Under the pieces are notes generated by a model, which was not told the origin of the DNA, searched no databases, and saw nothing but the letters and a program-made list of their open reading frames with translations. Source: Cenococcum geophilum (taxonomy: Eukaryota). Taken from it: a stretch of DNA of 64,000 bases. The stretch is taken from the NCBI GenBank assembly GCA_050273025.1, contig CP158635.1:8742001-8806000 (forward strand), written 5' to 3'. Shown here one piece after another: positions 12,975 to 25,900 of this stretch. The first letter of the stretch is position 1. Every line of letters starts with the position of its first letter. Made by a program: the position numbers and the translations under genes.

Positions 12975-15200
12975 ACCAAGAGCCTCAATTGATTGCACAG
13001 ATACAGAGCCGATTGTACGATGCAGAGCCAGATGCAGAGCTGCACGTAGAGCCTTGATCGAACGACTGCACGGAAGCCTTAATCAATCAAATGACTGCAC
13101 AGAAGCCACGGTCAGTCAAGGAATCAAACCAAGCCAGAGCCTCAATACCAGCACGTCACGTCACTGAATCGAATCAGTCGAATGTCGTCAAATTAGAGCC
13201 TCCGACCGGGCCGACCTTATTCCTTATTCAAACGGCGAATGATCGCAGCACGACTGTCACTGCCATCCGAATTCAGTACAGCGCCAGCTGCACGACGAGA
13301 ACAGACACCGCGGCAAGGAAGGGACCTACGCAAAGGCAACAGCACAATATCAGTGACAAAGCACCGCGTGCCTAAGCCATCTTCATGCAACTGAAGACAG
13401 GACCGAGCCGTATCTAGCTGAGCTAGTGAAGGGCCTTATCAAGGATTACAAGGGGAGCAGGAATTGGACGCACAGGAGCCAGCATTTTTCCTCAGAGGTC
13501 GTCTTAACAAAGGACTGCATCGCGGACATAAAGACAAGGGATATGCGACGGAGGTAGTTACAACAGCCGAGAAGCTGCCACCGGATGGCTTCAAAGATAT
13601 TAAGGATAGCTTAGGCGAAGCGCAGAGCCAGCAGGACAAGGACAAAGAAACTAGAAGCAGAAGACTATCCTAAGAAGGCTCTTAAGCCGGAAGAAGATCA
13701 AGGACACGTGAGCGTACTGCCAGCAGCGAGGGCAAAGGAGCAGCCGTAAAGGCCTAAGATGCGCCGAAGAAGCTAAGTGCAAAGACGGCCCAGAAAGAGA
13801 AGAAAGCAGCTATCAAGGACGTCCCAGAAAAGCACTAGGCCTGTTGTAGTGGTTCAGAGGAAGCTACCGTTAGTGCTCGCAAAGAAGGAAGTCTCAAGAC
13901 AGGTCTCTGGATTGGACGCCTGGAGGACACTGAGAGCCCTGATTATACGATGCGGAGCCTTGATCGACTGCATAGATACAAGGTTTTGACCGAACGACTG
14001 CACAGCCAGAGCCTTGATCAATTGTCCGCAGATGTAGAGCCTACGGATGCGAAGCCTTGACCGATCGTACGTCTGCACGGAGCTTGACCGAACGCCTACG
14101 GGTGCAGAGCCTAGGTCGCACGTACAGCAGAAGACACCTTGAATCAAGCCAGAGCCTCAGTCAAGTCAGATCAACTAGAGCTTTCAGTCGGGCCGACCTA
14201 GTACCCTATTTGAACGTCAGTCAATCGTACGTTGTCGCAGCCAGATCGCAACAGTCACCCGTCGCCGTCCAGTCAGACGTCTTCGACCAGCAGTCAAAGA
14301 TGCATCACCGCAGACAGCAGAGCAGGCAAGCACTAGGCCTAATCAGGAAACCAGCACACGGCCGACAGAACATCAGAAATACGGTCAATCAACGTCTTGG
14401 AGCTGCTGCGAGAGCCTCCCCCTTTAACCCCCCCTTTACTGATCGATTGCCGCTCGTCTCGACGCCCGCGGATCAGTTAACCAGAACGATCTTTCCTACA
14501 GTCACAGATACGGAGCTTCACACGGAGTCTACGGATATAGAGTATACAAGTGCAGAGCCTTGATTGGACAACAGTACGGCAGCTTGACTGGACGTCTATA
14601 TATGCGAAGCCTCGATCGAACGGCAGATGCGGAGCCTTGACCGATCGTACGTCTACACGGAAGTTTTGATCAATTGCCTACGGATGCAGAGCCTCAGTCG
14701 TACAAGCAGCAGAAGACACCTTGACTCAAGCCAGGGCCTCATCAAATCTTGATCAGCTGAACGCCGTCTCCGCATTCAAATCAGGACAGTCAGAGCTTTC
14801 GACCGGGCCGACTTTCTACCCTAATCGAACGACCGAACGATCAGTTGCAGCACGTCGTCGCCGACCAATTAGACAGTCGTCCAGCAGTCAAATCAAGCAT
14901 GCAGACACGCACGCAGACACTAGGCCTGTATAGGAAATCAGTACACGGTTGGTAGATCATAGGAAGCATCGCCAGTCGACGTTTTAGAGCCGGACGCAGA
15001 CACGGACGCAGACGCAGACTATGCAATGTAGAGCTACTGATGCACAGCCGAATGCACAGCTAGGCGCACAGTCAGGTGCAGAGCGATGCGGACGTAAAGC
15101 TTGATGATGCAGGGCCTGATGCAAAGCCACGGACAGAGCCTTAATTGAGAGCTGTGTACGATACAGACTGATGCAGGCTGAATGCAGAGTCTTGATATCA
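12975..15200. repeat. Three degenerate ~400-bp modules built from GAGCCTTGATCGAACGACTGCA-like units
   Basis: Modules at ~12975-13350, ~13930-14390 and ~14540-14975, each containing CGGGCCGAC...CCTA. CAGCAGAAGACACCTTGA is shared by modules 2 and 3. Confidence 0.7.
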
Positions 15201-15254
15201 AACGACCAGCCGAACCATCAAGTCGGGTCACAGCCTCTGCCATCTTAATTGACT

Positions 15255-15920
15255 GCCCTACCGCCGCCGCCGCTACTGCCACTATTCCGTCTGGCTATTT
15301 TGTCTCTACTGTCTCGACCAACTGCCGTCTCTACTATTCTAGATCTGTACCGTTGCTAGATCTATTTTACTGCTAGATCTGCTGGATCTGCTACGCTACC
15401 CAACTGTTCCGACCGACCTGCTCTAGGCCTAACGCTATTTCAACTGTCCTACTGCTACTGTCTTAGACTGACCGCTCCGCTCTACTGTCTCAACCTACCA
15501 TTCTACCGCCGCCGTCCCAACTGACTGCTACCAATCTGTGCTACTATTGCCGACCAACTGTTCTACTGCTACTGCTACTGCTGTTCCAACCAGCCATTCT
15601 ACTGCTGCTGTTCGACCGTTCCGCTTCTACTATTTCGATTATCTACTGCCGACCGACTGCTACCGACCGTCCTGCTACCGAGGGTTCTACTATTAAAAGT
15701 TCTACTGCCAGATGTCCTACTGCTTGCTACACGGACCAAGTTCTTCTACCAACTGTTCTATTACTGACCGTTCTGCTACTAACTATTCCGTTTTATTTTA
15801 CTGCGCCAAGTATCTACTTTTATTACTGTTTCTGCTACCGTTGCTATTACTACTGTTACTGCTATTACTGCCGCTACTGCCATTACTACTACTGTTATTA
15901 TTTCTAGCTCGCTGCTGTTT
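15255..15920. repeat. Low-complexity CTA/CTG-rich tract
   Basis: Visible degenerate trinucleotide runs, which also explain the poly-Leu ORF 15712-16035. Confidence 0.8.
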
Positions 15921-17406
15921 TGGCTACTGTACCTTACTAGGAGGAAGAGGTTTCCGGCGTTCTTTTAGGGATATGCTTTCCTTTTTCTATTCTGCTTTTG
16001 CTATTCCTTTATTTAGCTATTCTTTTATAGTATAGAACGTTAGGGGACAACGTTCTAGGTGGGGGAGGTATGTAGTGGGGTAAAATGGGCCACTGCCTTG
16101 GGCCTTGGCATTTTCCTGTATATATTAAGCCTTCGGCTTCCTTCCTTCTCCTCATCACGACCTACCGGAATACATTATTTCCTTTCTTCTTACTGACTGC
16201 TTTCCTACTGATTGATTACGACTGACGACCGACCGACCGACCGACCAACCGACCGACAGACAGACAGACAGCACTGAGACTTTCCTATCTGAGAGTGGTC
16301 GTACCCTCCCACAGTAAAAGGTCCGCTAGTTTTTTTACAAATATTTATTAAGTTATATTTTACAGTATAGAGTTTATAGTCTTCCTTAGCTTACGTTCTA
16401 TTTTCTATAAGTTATCTTTCCTATTTATTAGTTTAGTATAGCGTCCGATATTCCTAGCTTTCCTTTATAGCTATATAGGGCCTAGGTTCTCTATAGTTAA
16501 CTTAGCTAGGTTACTACTAGCTTCCTAAGTCTTTAGTATAGGTAGCGTAATATAGCTAGTTTAGGGGCGATGTAGTATACGGATCCGTTATAGGTTAAGC
16601 TATATATCTTTCTTAAAGGCCTAGTCTTTACGTATAGTATCTACCTAGTAAATAGTATTAATTTAGGGCCGTGTAAGGTTTTCTATTATAATACTAATTT
16701 CTTTTATAAAAGAAGGGGTTGGGGGTAGGGTTTTGGGCTAAATAAGCCGCCTACTTACCACTATTCACTACATATGCGACCTTACTAAAAGGTGGCGCCG
16801 TACTTCCAAACTTACGTATACCCATTTTACCATCAAAAACTATTGTTTTTTCTACTCCTAAGACCCAACCCCGCCTACTTAGCAAGCTAGAGGTAGATTT
16901 ATTCTCCTAATTACCCCCTTTTACCTACGATAGAAGACTTGGTAAAAGGGGCCCTAGCTTATAAGCGAGGCATAGATAGGAACACTAAAACTACCAAATA
17001 TAGACTTTTCCTAGGTTTTTCTTCTATAGAAAGTAAAAGCCTAATAAAATAGGGGGTGTAGGTACTTTTCTGTATCTCCTTTAGTCAGATTTTCCTTAGT
17101 AAGAGGAGGATTACCTTTAGGCTTTTCTGCTAGTAAAAGCCTAACAAGTCCTTTTTTTTAGTAGTTTTTTCTACTTCTAATAGAAAAGAAAATAACTACC
17201 CTAGTCTTTTTTAGCTAGTTTTTTTACTACTTTTTAACCTAATCTTTCTAGAAATCCTCTAGTAGGGTTAGTAAGAAGAAAGGGTATAAAAGGATAGTAA
17301 AAACTAGTTAGGCTTTTTGCCTAGTTTTTTACCCCTAGGACTAGGAGATAAGAGACCTAAAGAGGTTATTATCTACTGTAAAAACTAGGAAACCCCCCTC
17401 TATAAG

Positions 17407-19010
17407 ATGTTAGAGCCTACTAGGCTTAAAAAAAAAACCTCCTATAGGTAGAGAACCTATAGATATAAGCGAAGGAGAGTTCTAGTCTGCTAATTCTCTT
17501 TCTTCTTCTCCTTGCCTATTTAGACAAGATAAAGACAAAGATATAGAAATGGAAGAAATTGTCGAACTATTACTAAGGCAGGGGAAGAAGAGAAAATATC
17601 CTCAATCTCCTTTAAAAAAAGGAAAAGAAAATCGAGAACCTAAGATAAGGGTAATAAGACTAATGCCTAGACCTACTAGGGCTAGTATACCTTCTTCTTC
17701 CCTCTCTCCAGAGCAACACCTTTAAATGGCCCTAGAAAGCCTAAACCAGGTATATATAGGGTTAGAAAAAGAAGAAAGAAAAGAATAAGTTAAAGAACTA
17801 GGGAACTATATCCAGCGTATTCTATAAGGAGAAAATCCCTTTATAAAAGAGAAAGAAAATAAGGAAAGAGATACCCTAAAAGGACTAGTAGAAGAAGTAA
17901 GAGCTCTTTATAAGAAAATAGCTCCTATTAAGGAAACTTATGCAAAGAAGCTAAAGAAGAACCCCCCCTCTTCTTCTTCTCCTTCTACTCTCTCCTCCTC
18001 CTTATCTCCTACCCCTATACCTTCTCCCTCTTCTCTTTCTAGTAGAGTAACTAGCAGCATAACTAGCTCTACTTCTACTAGAAGTAAAAAAAAGCAGCTA
18101 TAAGAAAGGAAGCTAGTCCTAGTTACAGACCAAAAGGACTAACCTTTAGATACCTTCTCTATACGAAATAAAGTTAACCAACTATTTATATTAAAACTGT
18201 AGATAGAGAAGCCAGTTCTAGTATCTATAATTAGAACTAAAGGAAAATAAAATATTCTTCTTATAACTATAGAAGAGTATAACGCAGACTTCCTAGTTAA
18301 ATATAAGGAAATCTAGCGTAATTGCTTTTCTTTCTAAAGAGAACAAAAACTAGAGCCTTAGGTTTAGATAGTAGTACATAGGGTCCCTATCTCTCCTTTT
18401 CTAGGGAAAGGAGGCTCTAAGCTTCTAAAAGAAGAAATAGAGACCTTTAACCCTATCCCTTAACCCGCCGAGTTACGTCCATCTGTTATCGATAAGATTT
18501 AGCCAATCAGATCAATAGGATCAAGGCTCCGTGACCACACGCGTACTTTTGATTCTGGTGTTCCGCACGGACCAGCTACTAGATGGACGCCGGCGGGTTA
18601 AGGGATAGGGATATAGGAACTACCTAAATGGATCTTATTTAGTGCAAAAAGACATAATCCACAAACTAGATTTGGCTTTATAGTCTTTATAGTAAAGAAT
18701 AAGGATAAAAGATAGGCAATCCTTAGGTAAAAAGAGATTCTAATTGCGGGTATAACTACTAAGGTAGTAAAATACCTAGAAGTCTCTCCTAGTACACAGT
18801 GTACTAGCTGTTAAAAATTTGGTCATATAGGAGATAGGTGCTCTACTAAAGCCTATAGGTTTTGTGCAGTAGCATATTTATCTAAAGACTATTCCTACTC
18901 TATCTGTAAAATAATAGGCAAGCTCTGCAAGTATACCACCCCCCTTTGCATTAACTGTAAAGAAAATCACTTTACTACTAGTGAAGACTGCGGGACTCTT
19001 AAAGCAACTA
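17407..19010 (+). pseudogene. LINE ORF1 (gag-like, Cys/His knuckles); start approximate
   Basis: QCTSC(Q)KFGHIGDRC...CINCKENHFTTSEDC at 18795-18995, and QIVVHRVP at ~18365. Confidence 0.8.
18457..18604. mobile_element. MITE (148 bp) with TIR CCCTTAACCCGCCG, flanked by AT
   Basis: Perfect 14-bp TIRs. Removing the element plus one AT restores the LINE ORF1 frame (ETFNP-IGI). Confidence 0.9.
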
Positions 19011-22000
19011 AACTAGTATATTAATAAATACTAGCTTAGAAGGTTCTATACAGGAAGAAGAAGAGATCTTCTTAGTCTCTAAGGCTAGAGGAGAAATCTC
19101 CTTTATATAATATAATGTAGGGAAAAGACAAGAAGCATAGCGAACTCTACTAGAAATAGGATTTAGAAGAAAAATAGATATTATCCTAGTATAAGAACCT
19201 AGTACCTGGAAAGACAAATAAAAAGGCTTCTACTTCTCTATTCCACATCCTGCATTTAACTTTATCCTCCCTAGCAATCTAGCTATTCGCCCTAAGGTAG
19301 CTATCTATATAAAAAAAACTAGTTCTAGCTTTCTATAATATAGAAATAGGGAGGATATCTGCAAAGATATAGATATTATATTACTAGAAGTCTATAGTCA
19401 ATTTAAAAGATTTTTATTACTTAATATCTATAACGAGAGACAACTAGGCAAGAACTCCAGAACCCAAAGAAATAGTAGAACTACTATCCCTAGGGCCGTT
19501 CTAGAACTAGAAATAGATCTCCCCTTTATGCTAATAGGAGACTATAACCTACACTATATAGTGGAACGCGCTGGCTAAAAATCCAACTAGAGAGGCTAAA
19601 GAATTAGTAAACTGGCTAGATAAATATAACTGCCAACTATTAAATTTAGATAAACAGGAAGGGACCTTCTATAGATCTAATATAAGGGAAAAGTCTATTA
19701 TAGACCTAGTCTTCTACTTAGTAAACTTTTAAGAAAACACCTAGGATAACTAGACTATAATAGAAGAAACGGAATCTAATTATAAGACTATAGCATTCTC
19801 CCTATTTACTAGAGAGACGCAAAGATATCTAAACCCTCTTTAAGAAACCCCCTTCTCTATAAAAAAGGCAAACTAGGACCTTTTTTTTACTTCTTTAAAA
19901 GAATAAGTTTAGGAGCTAGAACTAGAGGCGAAGCTTTTAGTACTAGAAGAACTAGTAGGAGAAAACCCCTATATAGAGATAGGAGGAGAAGGTCCCCTAG
20001 CCTCTCTAAAAAACTTCTATAGAACTAGGGATAGAAGCTTAAGTACTCTAGTAGATAATCTAGTAATAGATCTTACTAGTTATATAAAGCTAGCAGCAGA
20101 GAAAGCTATTTCTAGATCTGAAGCCTGCGAGTTTTCTAAACTATGGTAGAATAAAGAGCTTCTAAAGAAAAGACAAAAGATGGTAAAACTAGGAAGACTT
20201 TAAGAAGAACAACCTACTAGAAGCTCTAGACTAGAAGCCTATAAAGAAGCTAAAAATCATTACTTCTATGCAATAAGAGAAGCTAAAACTAGCTGCTAGA
20301 ATAGCTTTCTAGAAAAATTATAAGGAAAAGAGATCTTTACTGCCCTAAAGTATATAAAGGAGAAAGTACTAAGAATAATCCCTAGTCTATAGTATAGTAA
20401 AGACGGAACTACTAGACTAGTAAAAAGCTTTGACGACTAGTATAAAGCTTTTATAACTACTCTATTCCCTAAACCCCCCTTTACTAGCTCTATAGAATGG
20501 AAAGACTATACTATAGATAGTAAATGGGAATGGCCAGAACTAGAGAAAATGGAAGTTAAATAAGCAATCTTCTTTAGCTCCAATAAAAAAGCTCCAGGGC
20601 CAGATAGACTATCCTTTATAATTTTATAAAAAGCCTACCCTACTATAGAAGATCTTCTATATAGGATCTATAAGATTTTATTTACTCTAGGCTATTAACT
20701 AAAGGTCTGGAGAGAAGCTTAAGGAGTAATCCTCCCTAAAGTAAATAAGGAGGACTATTCTTTACTAAAGTCCTATAGACCTATCTCCTTGCTAAACTGC
20801 CTAGGAAAGATTCTAGAGAAGATCTTTACTACTAGATTAGGATATTTAGCTAGTACTACTAGCTTACTTTAAGATTCGCAACTAGGAGGAAGAAGACAGC
20901 GGTCCGTAATAGACGCAGTCCTACTACTTCTAAATAATATCCAATCTAAAAATAATAGGAAAAAAGCTAGATAAAGGATAGCTACTACGTTATTCCTAGA
21001 CGTAAAAGGGGCCTTTGACTATGTTTCTGCAAACTAGCTTTTATCTATCTATAAGGAACTAGGACTACCTATAGCGTTTATATAATAAGTAGCTACCTTC
21101 CTTAGCAATAGAAAGCTATAGCTTTCCTTTAATGGGCAAATATAAAAAAAAGTAGAATTAGAAATAGGGATACTACAGGGTTTACCTATATTCCCTATCT
21201 TATTTCTACTATATATATACGCAATATCTACAGCCTAGAGATAGAAGGAGCCTATTCTCTTAGCTATATAGACGACTTTGTAATTATAGTTACTTTAAAT
21301 TCAGCTAAATCTAACTGTAAAAAGCTAAAGGGAATAGCGCTAGAATTAATGGCTAGAGCTAAGGAAGCTGCTATTAGCTTCGATATTAGCAAAATAGAGC
21401 TTATACACTTCTATAGTAAACGAACTACTATAGAAGAGGGGCTAAAGTTAGGAGACGTAGAAATATCCCCTAAACCCCTAGTTAGGTAGTTAGGGGTATT
21501 TCTAGACTCTAAACTTACCTTTAAACAATACGTAGAAATATAAATCTCTAAAGTAAAAGTAGCCTTCTACTTAATTAGGAGACTAGGTAATATATAGAGA
21601 GGACTATCTCTATAAGCCCTACGGCAGCTCTATATTGCTTACGTTATTACTATAGCAGACTACGGAATATAGTGCTGGTGGAAAAGTAAATCTAGAGATT
21701 ACCTACTAGCTAGGTACCAGTCTCTATAAAATAAGGCCCTAAAACTAGTTCTAGGAGCGTTTAGAGGATCTTTTAACTAAGCTATAGAGATAGAGGCCTC
21801 TATTCCACCTCCTAGGATTAGATTTAAAAAGCTTTACAATAGCTATGTATTAAAGATCCTAAAATTTAAGGAAAGCTATATAATTAAGAAGGCCTATATA
21901 GAAGAGAATGATAAAGATAAGGACGAACTAGCAGCTAGCTCTAGCTCTAGCTCTAGCTCTAGTCCTAGTTCTAAAAACTCTACTATAAGGTACCTACTAT

Positions 22001-22957
22001 AGCCAAAAACATAGCTACTATCCCTAGTCTCTAGAGTTTAGCAGCTAGTTTAAAATTGGAAAATAGAGAAAACTTCTCTAAAATGGCAAAAACCGTGGTC
22101 TCCTTCTATTTCTGTAACCTTTTCTATCTCTAGAGATAGTAAGGAGGAAGCTGTATAAAAATATCTAAGACTAGTAAAAGACCTACAAGAGGCCCTAGAA
22201 TGGGACTTAGTAGATATATACTATATAGATGGCTCTAAAGACAATAAATTAAATGCAGCAGCTATATATAAAATAGGAGAGAGAAATAGGATTAAATATG
22301 CAACAAATTGGAATCTAGGACCCTATATAGAAATTATAAACGCAGAACTTTATGCAGTTTATAGGGCTCTAGAATACCTAAAGCAATAAAGACTAAAAGA
22401 GAAATAGGCCTATATCTTTATAAATAGCCAAGTAGCTATTAAAAGATTACAGCTTAATTCTCTTATAGGGGGACACGAATTAGTCTTTAAAATTATGTAA
22501 AGTTGCTCCTACCTAGCTAGCAAAAATATCTCTATTAACTTTTATTGGGTTCCTAGCCACCTAGAAATTTATAGAAATAAAATAGCAGATAAGCTAGCTA
22601 AAGAGGGCCTCTTTAGAAGAAAACTATAGTCTTCTTATACCTCCTTGGCCTACATTAAGAGAGTAGTAAAAGAAAAGATACTAGAATAGTGGAAAAGTAA
22701 TTGGCAACTAAATAAAAACAAAGGAAAACACTATACTAGAATCTGCAAAGGAAGCTATTCCTTTTCTCTTAAAGCTTCTAAGGATAGATATCCTAAAAAG
22801 CTATAGTTGGCTTTCTTTCAGCTAAAGCTAGGAAAAGGCTACTTTAAGTCCTTCTTAAAGACAATAGGAAAAGATAAAAAAGGTAGATGCTTTAGAGAAT
22901 GTAAAGCTATATAAACTCCTAAGTATTTACTACTAAACTGCAACCTATATAGAGGAG

Positions 22958-25900
22958 TGTAACGGAACCTTATAGCAGGAACTACAATGGGTTCTATCAA
23001 TGGGCTAGGTGTGTAGGAAATGCAAAGATAGTAGTTAACAACGTATTAACAACTGGTAGAGTGGTTGCCTAATAGATTAACTCCAATTATATTCTAAGAA
23101 TTACTATAAGGAAGGAACTATCTAGGTAGGGACTAAGGGTCCTTAAATACACAACCGTACTCCTATAAAATCCTTCTTATACGTAATATACGTCTTATAC
23201 GCGAGGTACGTAAGTTCCTCTTATTTCTCTTATTTAATACGTAGCATGTTATATAACCTTAGTTACTATTCCTTGTTATATAGTTCTACCGGTTCCATCC
23301 TAGACCGTACCTAAATTAACTAACTAGCTTCTTCTAACTCTTCTTTAAGTAGTCGTAATATTATACTTAAAGCGTCCGTAACACCATCTCCCTCCTCTTT
23401 ATCTTTATTCTTAAAGATACCTAATATCTCTAAGTCATTTACTAGAGGTGCAATATCCGTCTAATTAATTTGGTTAATATTATTGCTTATTATACCTAAA
23501 GTAATTTCTTCTTTATACGCCTAACGTCGTGCCCGCACTATTACTGCGATATTATCTCTTAGTGAGATTATGCTATCTCCGTGTTCTCGTTATATAAAAG
23601 AGGGGTTAGTTTATATTATATTAGCGAGTCCTTCTTTATAACAACCATCCTCTTACTTAAAGTGCACTAAAGCAAATATTCGTTCGTCCTGTAACATTTA
23701 CTTTACCTCTAATACTAAATATACGCGACCTATTACTCTTAATAGTTATCTAGTTCCTTAATTAATTTATCTTAAGGTCTTGTGTTTAATCTGCTGCTAT
23801 ATAGCTAGATAGTAAACTATCTTAAGCCCTTACTAAGTTAAAACGTTCTTGTAATACGGAACAGAAGGCTCTAAATACTTATATCACAGCGTCTACTTAA
23901 TTACTTCGCCTTAAGAAGGTTTGTAAGAAGGTTTGTTTTAAGAAATAGAAACTTATAAAATAAGGTCTTTAGGAACTGGGTAATAAGAGAACTAACTCTC
24001 CTCTTATAGTAAGGGGAATAACTCTAAGTAGTTCGGCAGTCGCTCTTTCTAGGTCCCCCTTAGGTAACTCATTTTTTAACGATCCTTCTTTATTAATATT
24101 ACCTAACCTATTTTCTTCCGATACTCCTATATCTTTCCTATAACGTTCTTTAAATTCTCTAGTAGCTCCTAAGTAGTCTTAGTATAGCCTATCTACTTAA
24201 CCTTATACTATATTTCATTGTCAATGTCCTTATAACTAATAATCTTTAAAACTTACTATTTATCTTCTTCCTAACCTCTATATGTGTCTACCTTATAAAC
24301 CGGTGGCTTAATATTCCCATACGCTAGCTTTAGTATTGCGATATACTATATAGGGTAGATCTTCATTTTGGCTAGTAGGTTTAACTTAAACGTGACCGGT
24401 GAAATCCTCTATATAATTTTAAAAGGTCCTAGTCTAACATAGTCTAACTTCTTACTTAGTTATTAACTTTTGAAATTTTTATATAGTAGCTATACTTTAT
24501 CTCCCTCCTTAAGATCTAGTCCCTTAGATCTCTTAACATTATAGTACTTTTTTATTCTTTACTATACTGCCTTAGCTATTTCCGTAAGGTTTATATAAAG
24601 ATTTATTAAAATCTCTATTCTTTACTTAGCTTTACTACTTGTTTTTTTTACTTAACGTAGCGATAATAATGTTCTTAGTTCGTATCTATAATTCGCCTTA
24701 AATAGTAACATACCTATTCCTTCTTATGGTGTTATATTATATGTAAACTATATAACTAGTAATAGCAATACCTAATTATTCTATGCGTGATTAATATAAT
24801 GCCTTAGATACTGCTCTAGTGTCTAGTTTAATCTTTCCGTTTAACCGTCTGTCTGCGGATAATATGCGGTAGAAGTTACTGCTTAAACTCCTTATTCCGC
24901 CAAGAATACCTCCTAAAATGCTGCTATAAATCTTAGATCTCTATCTAATATAATTTTACTTAGTGCTCTATATTTTGCAAACACTTCTTTAATATAGATT
25001 CTAGCGACATCTTCCGCTAAGATTTCTTTTATATAGGCTATAAAGTATCCCCACTTTATAAGCTTATCTACTATTACTAAGATCGCGTTATAATCTTGTC
25101 CGGTAATAGAATCTCTTAACTTTAGTAACTTAATAATAAAGTCCTATAATATAACCTCCTATAGTCTCTTTAGTGTTTTAATAGGTTGTAGCCCTCTATA
25201 TAGCTTATGCCTTGTTAGTTTATTCCTTTAGCAATCTAAATACTCTTTAGTAACTCTTCTAGCTATCCTCTAGATTCCGTTAATAATATACTCCTCCTAA
25301 AGTCTTAACACTAAGCCTATGGCTCTATTATGTCCTTAAGTTAGTCCCTTATAAAAGTCCTCTATAAACTACTCTGCTATACTTCTTAGGATATACTTCG
25401 CTTCTTAATTTTTGTATATATCCGACTATAGATCTTCTAGCTATACTTTTAGAATTCTTTATACCTAAAAGCTTTCTAGTATCTTATAGACCTTTTCTAA
25501 CTTATTCTCTTAAGTTACTACAATTTTTGGATAATTATACCTAATTAGTCCATCTATATCTTTTTGTAGTAAAGCCCCTAATAGCTTATTATCATTTTAT
25601 AGTTTAGCCTTTTAACTTAACGCATTAGCTTGCGTATTATCTATACCCTTAGTATACTAAATCTTAAAATAATATTCTATAAGCATCTCTGCCTATCTAA
25701 CCTGTCTTTAGTTAAGTTCTTTTATTATTAGGAATCCTATTAGGTTCTTATAATCCGTTTTAACTATAAATAGTTTTTCTATACCTTATAAGAATACTCT
25801 CTATTTTTTTAGTGCTATAACTATACCTAATAACTCCTTATTATAGATGTTATAGTTTAACTCTAGTAGTGTTATTTTTCGACTATAATATACTACTAGA

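Larger units (their letters stand above)
9802..16313 (+). mobile_element. gag-only (pol-less) Ty3/gypsy-type LTR element, 6.5 kb
   Basis: LTRs at 9802-10048 and 16071-16313, both with (CGAC)n/(CAGA)n runs. 4-bp TSD GTAA. PBS-like TGGCATTCCACATAGGGAC at ~10057 and PPT GGGGGAGG at 16061. No RT, RNase H or integrase motifs seen. Confidence 0.9.

Noticed and set aside
13390..13460. Possible chromodomain remnant (EDRTEPYP.ELVK)
   Set aside because: Too short, and the conserved aromatic residues are missing.
12975..15200. Hammerhead ribozyme (retrozyme) in the repeated modules
   Set aside because: I found no CTGATGA...GAAA core by eye on either strand. A covariance scan would be needed to exclude it.
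15712..16035. Poly-Leu membrane-like ORF
   Set aside because: Product of a CTA/CTG low-complexity tract.
16871..16880. Second CCGCCTACTT as an alternative LINE 5' boundary
   Set aside because: Shorter match than the 12-bp TSD at 16744-16755; cannot be told from chance.
18461..18601. piggyBac MITE with a TTAA TSD
   Set aside because: The inverted match extends beyond TTAA identically in two unrelated hosts, and excision at TTAA would leave MITE-derived CCCTTAAGGG at both sites.
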